A stretch of DNA of 64,000 bases from the NCBI GenBank assembly GCA_000091205.1, contig AP006483.2. One strand, written 5' to 3'. Of the stretch, positions 57,706-64,000 are shown one piece after another. Within the stretch, counting starts at the first letter, position 1; the number at the start of each line of letters is the position of its first letter. The notes below the pieces were generated by a model that did no database searches, was not told the DNA's origin, and saw only the letters and a program-made list of their open reading frames with translations. The position numbers were made by a program, and so were the translations under genes. The DNA comes from Cyanidioschyzon merolae. Its lineage: Eukaryota.

Positions 57706-60126
57706 TCAGTGATCCAGTGAGAAACTGCGGGAGAGCTCGCGAGAGCTTGCATCTGTCACCATGGAGATACGAGGCAAATCCGACGATGATTGCCTCGCGC
57801 GTGTCTTCTCCTGATGGCATCGAGGGCAGGCTTTCCATTCGGGCGGCAACCTTCGGACTTTTTCTGCGGTGACAATTTCTTCGACGCAAGCAGCTGCGTC
57901 TTCATCGCTTTCGTCGCCGGTGGTGTTCTCGGCATCGTCATGGTCATCATCATCATCATCATCGTCATCATCGTCGTCGTTATCATCGATCGCAGACGGT
58001 GTATACGACGACATGGCTCGTTGATTGGCCGTGTTCGACGTTAGTGTCGGTATATCGTCCATGGAATCGTCGAACGAGTGTCGTGCTTCATCTATCGTTC
58101 GAACCGATTCGATACTTGTCCGGTTCGTCTCGCCAAGCTGTGCGCTTTCCGAGCGCTCCATCCCTCGAGTTTTGCACATATCATTCTCACTACTTATGGT
58201 CGCCAGCACTGCCAGGAGCTGTTCTTTCGCGGGTCCGCGGATGACACCGTCACGTGGCCATTCTACATCGAATTCAATAAAAAGATCTCCATAGTCGAGC
58301 GGTGTACTTGCATATCTTCGCCGTTTTGGCATGCCCTTGTGCGGGATCCGTTTCACCGTGCCGGGGCGTGTCACGCTGCCGTCACGACTCTGCACCATGA
58401 TGGTGCGTCCGTCCAGAAGTTTCAGCGTAAACGAGAACCCGCACAACGCCTCTGCCAGTGTGAGCTTCTTGCGCATTCGCAAATCATCGCCTACACGGGT
58501 GAAGCGCGGATGCGGCTTCTCTCGCAGAACGAAGATGACAGCGCCGGCTTCCGCCCCTGGATACGCGGCGTTTCCGCATCCGGGGAATTCCACCCGATCG
58601 CCATCGCGCATGCCAGGTTCCACCCGGATCGTGAGCGCGCACTCCTCGCGGCAAGGTCGTCCGTCTAACCCAAAGCCCGATCTCTCAATCGCAACGCGTA
58701 TCGCCCGACCCCGGTAAAAGTCTGCCAGATCAAAAGCGAGCTCGTGCACGATGTTGTGCACAGCTGTTGCGTTGCTCGTCGATTTCGTGGCCCGCTGGCC
58801 ATCACCACGATCCGTGCCCTCGGTGCCAGTGCTCGCGCTCGAAGACAGGCTGTGCCCAGACCACAAGCTGAGCTTTTCAGGTTGCGAGGCAGAATCTGAC
58901 ACAGTATCACAGGGCATCTTGTGGAGGCACCGATCGAGACCTTGACGTTCCGCTATCGACGCGCTGCATCCGTTATCCCACCAGCCGTATGCGGGACCCC
59001 CAGCGCCAGTGAAACCGTACGGAGTCGTGGTCGCTGCATTAGCCGTCCCCTGATCAGTGCTAGCGTGATCGCCAGCGTTCGGTCCACTGCGATTCCGTGA
59101 GGCACGGAGCACCCGCTCCCGAAGCTGCCGAGTTTTCAAACTGCGACATCGAATGAAATCGCTCAGTTGCAGAATCATGTTCAAGAGACGCCGATCCCGC
59201 ACGCAGCGGTAACCAAACGTATCGTAGACGCGACGGCGCTCGGGGTCACTGATCGTCTCAAAGGCAAGTTGAATCTCTTGCGTTCGATCCACATACGCCT
59301 TTCGAATGTTCTCCAAACGTTCCAAGCCCTGCTCCGTCGTCTCTCTGCTGCAGTGAGCATGTTCACTACATCGTCGGTACGCGTTCATTAAGGCCGTTAT
59401 GCGATCTGGATGGTACTTGCATATCTCTCGAAGATACGCGTTCCGAATCTGACGCAAATTATGCATATCCCGCGGTATCCCAAGGACCTGATACAACCGG
59501 TCACGCTCCTCGGTCAGCGGCGGGGGCATTTGCAGCTGCTCGATCGAGTTCAGCACGGACGTGAGCCGTTGGGGTGCCTCTAGGTTGGCGCCTGAGTGCC
59601 CGTCCAGACAAGAAGCAGTTGCCTCCATCGATGCATGCTGCTCCGTTGAGGAATCGGAGTTTTGCGAGGACCGCAAACCGTTGGTCGCGCCATGCTCCAG
59701 CAAGTTACGCACACCAACGCCGAAAGGCGCCTGTGCCCTCGCCACGTTCGTTGTGCCTTGCGGTGCTTGCTCGCCGCCGGTCGGCCCATACAAGGACCCA
59801 AGGTCCTGCTGCCGCAAGGCGATATCCGGGAACGCGTTCACAGCGATGGCGGGACTCTCGGATATCGCACGTACAGCAGACGCCACCGGTCTCCCGAGCG
59901 TCTTGAACTGGGGCGTCCCCGACGGACGCATAGCGCGACGGACCGCACGCGCAGGGCTCCCGTCATGACCGAGCCGTTCATCGCTCCCGGAGTTTATCAT
60001 CCTGGTCTGTCCAGAAGCGTGAACAGAAGCCGCAGGTAACCTAGCGCTACCCGTCAAGTGGTGTGAAGCTCCGTCGCCCCCCAGCTCCATTCTGTTTCCC
60101 CCAAACCGTTCACCAGTGGGCAACAT
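57706..60126 (-). CDS. DnaJ/Hsp40-family protein with J domain and DnaJ C-terminal substrate-binding domain; long low-complexity N-terminus and polyD tail
   Basis: 806-aa ORF. J-domain LYQVLGIPRDMHNLRQIRNAYLREICKYHPDR (HPD present). DnaJ_C-like DLADFYRGRAIRVAIERS...CALTIRVEPGMRDGDRVEFPGCGNAAYPGAEAGAVIFVLREKPHPRFTRVGDDLRMRKKLTLAEALCGFSFTLKLLDGRTIMV. C-terminal DDNDDDDDDDDDDDDHDD. Confidence 0.75.
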   Translation of the reverse strand: MLPTGERFGGNRMELGGDGASHHLTGSARLPAASVHASGQTRMINSGSDERLGHDGSPARAVRRAMRPSGTPQFKTLGRPVASAVRAISESPAIAVNAFPDIALRQQDLGSLYGPTGGEQAPQGTTNVARAQAPFGVGVRNLLEHGATNGLRSSQNSDSSTEQHASMEATASCLDGHSGANLEAPQRLTSVLNSIEQLQMPPPLTEERDRLYQVLGIPRDMHNLRQIRNAYLREICKYHPDRITALMNAYRRCSEHAHCSRETTEQGLERLENIRKAYVDRTQEIQLAFETISDPERRRVYDTFGYRCVRDRRLLNMILQLSDFIRCRSLKTRQLRERVLRASRNRSGPNAGDHASTDQGTANAATTTPYGFTGAGGPAYGWWDNGCSASIAERQGLDRCLHKMPCDTVSDSASQPEKLSLWSGHSLSSSASTGTEGTDRGDGQRATKSTSNATAVHNIVHELAFDLADFYRGRAIRVAIERSGFGLDGRPCREECALTIRVEPGMRDGDRVEFPGCGNAAYPGAEAGAVIFVLREKPHPRFTRVGDDLRMRKKLTLAEALCGFSFTLKLLDGRTIMVQSRDGSVTRPGTVKRIPHKGMPKRRRYASTPLDYGDLFIEFDVEWPRDGVIRGPAKEQLLAVLATISSENDMCKTRGMERSESAQLGETNRTSIESVRTIDEARHSFDDSMDDIPTLTSNTANQRAMSSYTPSAIDDNDDDDDDDDDDDDHDDAENTTGDESDEDAAACVEEIVTAEKVRRLPPEWKACPRCHQEKTRARQSSSDLPRISMVTDASSRELSRSFSLDH

Positions 60127-60294
60127 TCAAACGCCAGCTCTGCCCTAGCCGCAATACATTCAAACCCTCGTTAATCCAATCACAAAAGCAGAAGAACAAT
60201 CCTCTAAACCGAGAAGCGCACACAAAACAAAAGCAAAGCACCTGCTCTAGACGACAGGGAAGCGCGCAGAGACGCACGCACCGACGTGTTCGTT

Positions 60295-60325
60295 ATGCGT
60301 GCGTGCGTGCGTGCGTGCGTGCATC
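60295..60325. repeat. (GCGT)n microsatellite
   Basis: gcgtgcgtgcgtgcgtgcgtgcgtgc within a GC-rich low-complexity 60.2-60.7 kb region that generates spurious ORFs on both strands. Confidence 0.9.
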
Positions 60326-62004
60326 TGCGCGTCCATGCGTGCAAATCGATCCGCGCCAGCCACGGAACTGGAGACGACGGCGTCTGGAAGGCATCCAAAG
60401 TGCGTCTCGATCGCGCGCGCGCGCACGCAGGCGTGGGCCCCCAGAGCGCGATGCGCGCGAGCAACAGCAGCAGCGGCGGCGAGCGCGCGCGCGACGCATC
60501 ATCACGCCTTCGATCGCCGCCAGTGCATCGTGCAGGCAGGCGCTGAGATTGCGAGCGCGCTCCTACGACGCTCATGCGGATCGAAGCGGCACTGCTGCGT
60601 GAACGTGCGCTGGCGCGACGATTTGCAGCTGCGTGCCCCTGCGATCTCATCTGTCATCGAGAGACGCATCACGCATCACCGCAGGGACACGTGTCGCGCT
60701 CCGAGTGTTTTATTGCAGGCAGTAGGCTGCGAGGCGTACCTCGATTCGGACGGGCAGCTCGGTGGATATCTGCAGCACCACGTACGTTACTGCTTGGACC
60801 TGCTAGTATTTCTGGGTTGCTGGATAGTGCTCGTGCATGCCTATTTTCACGAGGCTGCTTCGGAAGCGCTCTCCACGCAATGTAGCCGCTGTTGGTAAGC
60901 GGTGTGGATAGCGAAATATGTGCGGCTGCGCTGCTGTCTGCTGCTTGGTTGAGTTTCACGATGAGCAAGAAAAGATGATTTTTCACCTGTTGCTTTACTG
61001 ATGCCTTGCTTGGTATTGGAATGCATCGCGCAAGCAAGGTCAAGTTGGGACATCCAGTACGACGCACTGCTGCATTGCTTGCGGCTTGCGCATGACGTAT
61101 GGGTGCGCGCTGCCGCATGCCCTGCTAGGCGCGATAGAGCACGCGGTCCACGACACCGGAGCTCGCGCAGTCACACCGGCACCGCTGCACTGCAAACAAT
61201 GGAAGCGTTGCTTGCAACATGGAAGAAATCGGATACGTCTGCTAGAAGAGTGCATCGCCCAAAAGCGCTATGATAGAGGTGTCCTGCTCGGTCGCGCACA
61301 GGCACCAGTCGCTGCACCTAGCAGCCTCCAATGGCAAATCAAACCAACCTAAAGCATTTATTAGCCTCTTTGATCCAAGCGTTCGACATACGCCCCACAG
61401 AGTACTTGGATATAGCTGTTCAAGGTGGTGCGTCGACGAGGCTTGCCGCTCCTGTCGTCCAGTCCCGTACGACGTGATATCGAGACTGAGCACCAATGAG
61501 CCCGATTCGTGAGGACGCTGAACTTTTGGATTGAGTCCAGAATCACCCGGGCTACCGAAAGACTTTCCAATGTACGTTTTACACACTTTGTGCAATGCAC
61601 TGACCTCGACGAAGCGTATGCTCCCCGACTCGGCCGCGGAAGAGCGAGCGGGCGCCTGCCGCCCAGCCGCCGGTCATGCCGCCGCGCACACCGCTGCACC
61701 CCAGCGCAGGCGCTGGTTTCGCGGCGGCTGCAACGCCTGCCAGCAAACACGATAGCGAGACGGCTGAAGCGCTGGCGAGCTTGCAGACAAGAACGCGTGC
61801 GTTGAGCTGTTTCGCCTCAGCACGTCGTTCTGTGCTTTCAGTTACGTCAGAGTGGGATTGCGTGCGGTGGCCAATTGTGCTGACGTGGAACGATCTCGTT
61901 GGCTTTGTCGTACACGAAAGCCATTCAAGTAGGTTAGGCGTTGGAGGTAGAGGTGCGCGAAGGGCGTTGGACTCGCAGCTGCTTGTCAGCGTTCATACAA
62001 TAGT

Positions 62005-63936
62005 ATGAGTTTGCTGTTTTCGTCCGCAGCTGCCTACAGCTCTGCCCGCGGACAGCGGCAGGCACTGGCGAGGGTTTCTTGCTGCCACGGTAGCTGGCGT
62101 TCGGAGCGAGCCCCACACCTGCCGTCAGCCGCCACCAGCAGGGTGCAGCCGCGCGCAGCTCGTCTGCCTTGGCGCATGGGAACGGACGCGCCTCCGCGGT
62201 CTGCTGAACCGGCTCCCGACTGGGATGGGCACCAAACTTTGCCCCGGTCTCATAAGAGTCCCTCTTTCCCACCGGACGGTCCGGAGAGTACCAGCGATGA
62301 GCGCACACGAGTTCTGGCGTTGGCGAACGAAAACGAACCTGAGCGAGCGCTTGCGCTCTGCACCACGCTCTATCAGCGCGGCGTTGCTGTGGATACACAT
62401 GCGTACACGTCTATTCTGAACGCCTACCGCCACAGAGGTGACGCTGACGGAGTGGTGCACGTGCTAGGAGTGATGGCGGCGCGCGGCGTGCCTGCGAGCG
62501 ACGTTACCGCACTGCTCGCTTTTCGAGCACTTCGAGATGCCCGCCGAGCAGACGCAGTGGTGCGCGCTGTGCAGCTCATTGAGAGTTCAGGTGGCACCAT
62601 TGGCCTTCGAGGATGGAGTAACGCGCTCTCCTGCCTTGCCGAAAGGATCCGCTCGTTACCCGCCTCACATCCGGACCTGGACACCTATACCAAAGCGGGC
62701 TGGACGGTACTAGCGCGCATGCAGCGCATGCGACAGCATCGGAAGCCGAATGCATATGTATTCAACTCGTGGATGGCAATGTACGCGTCTCGAGGCGACT
62801 GGGACGGCGCAATGGCAGTGTTCGGAGCTATGGTTGCCGGTGCTCGGGTATGTCCCGATGTTGTCAGCTACAACATCCTCTTTGAATGCCTTGCGCGCCG
62901 CTTTGCACGAACAAGGGTTCCGGCAGAGCGCGATGCCTGTCGAAAACTTGAAGCAGCGCTGGTGGAGTCCATGCGCTTGCACGGTATTGAACCAGATGCG
63001 CGGACGCTGTCGGCTCAGTTACGACTTGTTGAGCATGACCTCCACGCCGTACGCGCGATCGAGAGACGTGCCCTCTGGTACGGCGTCCGACTTGATTCTT
63101 TCTACGTGAACGCTTTAATTGATGCCTACGCTCGTATTGGTGAGCCAGCCGTAGCAGCAACCGTGCTGGAACGCCTCGCCGTCCACCATGATCAATGTCA
63201 AGCGGCAGCAGCGCAGGGACGATTCTCAGCGGAAACCGCCGCCTGTCCAACGGCGCTGCCGCCGATCACTGCCTACGCTCTGAACGGCGTGCTGAAAGCG
63301 TGTGCGCGAACCGGTGACGCTGAGCGTGCCTGGAAACTCGTACAAGGGATGGAGGAACGTTTCGGCATTCAACCAGATGCCATCTCGTTTACCTGTGCCA
63401 TAACAGCAGCGGGCAAGGCGTACGCGACGACGCTTGCACGCCATCTCTACGAACAGGCACGCGAACGCCTTTCCGACAAGGCGAACGTACGCTTGGCGAC
63501 TGCTGCGATCTTGGCAGAGCACGAAGATCCGGAGCCTGCCATTCGAGTATTCGAGCGGTTGCTACGCGATGCCGAGAAACTTCCATCAGCAGGCGCGTCT
63601 CTGTCTGGGTCATCCGCATCCGGCTCCATGGACCTCAGGGTACCTGTGCAGGCGCTTGTGCGCGTGTGTGGTCGAGCCCGTGCTCCTGCGCGAGCCAGAG
63701 AGATAATTTTAGCTGTCAAGCGGAGGCGCCTCTGTTTTATTGACTTGACCTATTACCAGTCGTTCATGAAAGGTGTTCAGGAATCGCAGGAACGTCGTCG
63801 CAAGCAGGGCATACGCGATCTGACGCCCCTGTCACCGCTCTCTGCACCATCACTCTACCTCTTGAAACTAGAGTGCACTGCACTCGGAGACACCCCGAAG
63901 ATTGGTAACTATGGTTCATCGTGGACGATTCGGTAA
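62005..63936 (+). CDS. Pentatricopeptide-repeat (PPR) protein, probably organelle-targeted
   Basis: 643 aa with at least 8 degenerate 35-aa helical repeats of PPR type (THAYTSILNAYRHRGDADGVVHVLGVMAARGVPAS; VVSYNILFECLARR; FYVNALIDAYARIGEPAVAATVLERL; YALNGVLKACARTGDAERAWKLVQGMEERFGIQPDAISFTCAITAA). Arg/Ser-rich N-terminus. Confidence 0.7.
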   Translation: MSLLFSSAAAYSSARGQRQALARVSCCHGSWRSERAPHLPSAATSRVQPRAARLPWRMGTDAPPRSAEPAPDWDGHQTLPRSHKSPSFPPDGPESTSDERTRVLALANENEPERALALCTTLYQRGVAVDTHAYTSILNAYRHRGDADGVVHVLGVMAARGVPASDVTALLAFRALRDARRADAVVRAVQLIESSGGTIGLRGWSNALSCLAERIRSLPASHPDLDTYTKAGWTVLARMQRMRQHRKPNAYVFNSWMAMYASRGDWDGAMAVFGAMVAGARVCPDVVSYNILFECLARRFARTRVPAERDACRKLEAALVESMRLHGIEPDARTLSAQLRLVEHDLHAVRAIERRALWYGVRLDSFYVNALIDAYARIGEPAVAATVLERLAVHHDQCQAAAAQGRFSAETAACPTALPPITAYALNGVLKACARTGDAERAWKLVQGMEERFGIQPDAISFTCAITAAGKAYATTLARHLYEQARERLSDKANVRLATAAILAEHEDPEPAIRVFERLLRDAEKLPSAGASLSGSSASGSMDLRVPVQALVRVCGRARAPARAREIILAVKRRRLCFIDLTYYQSFMKGVQESQERRRKQGIRDLTPLSPLSAPSLYLLKLECTALGDTPKIGNYGSSWTIR

Positions 63937-64000
63937 TGCCGTCCGACGCGAGGCTGTCGTCGATCCGTGGTGCCGCTACGGCTCTAGTCTAGAGGTTGCG

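Noticed and set aside
60063-60898. Several overlapping 70-200-aa ORFs on both strands (Arg/Ala-rich)
   Set aside because: They lie in the GC-rich (GCGT)n/(GCGC) low-complexity region between DnaJ and the PPR gene. This is a composition-driven stop-codon desert, not coding.

Overview
This window looks like nuclear DNA from an intron-poor eukaryote, roughly mid-50s %GC. Long uninterrupted ORFs (600-980 codons) sit on both strands, with polyQ/CAG coding microsatellites. The first 20 bases are two CCCCCCATT-type units (reverse complement AATGGGGGG), so the window may start at a chromosome end. A protochlorophyllide-reductase-like SDR, a plastid-type SRPBCC 'polyketide cyclase' protein, serine acetyltransferase and a PPR protein point to a photosynthetic host; a Cyanidiales-type red alga is a guess, held with low confidence. 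Host genes I can support are: a secreted Kelch/Cys-rich mosaic protein, POR-like SDR, a mitochondrial carrier, serine O-acetyltransferase, sorbitol-dehydrogenase-type MDR, a Sec1/Munc18-like protein, an aminoacylase-1-type M20 peptidase, an SRPBCC protein, Tsr1, GPAT9-type acyltransferase, Brf1 (TFIIIB), a DnaJ protein and a PPR protein. The main non-housekeeping content is a multi-copy family of TnpB/Fanzor-like RuvC nuclease genes. There are two near-full-length diverged copies (11.3-14.0 kb and 51.8-54.4 kb, both + strand) and a third fragment (31.45-31.76 kb), with motifs GADPGNTN...(E)...FVNRD(L/F)NAAINIR. Each long copy carries different disabling lesions, and non-coding homology continues past the ORF end where an omega-RNA scaffold would be expected. 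Other structures: a pair of about 1.05-kb, about 99%-identical direct repeats (33.45-34.50 and 39.27-40.33 kb) bracketing a 134-bp x5 tandem array and the SRPBCC gene; a 102-bp x10 minisatellite directly upstream of the serine acetyltransferase gene; and two diverged paralogous segments (about 16.55-17.11 and 24.43-25.08 kb) sharing a perfect 17-mer. Many mid-size ORFs in the track are antisense shadow ORFs of GC-rich genes or repeat translations, and I do not call them.
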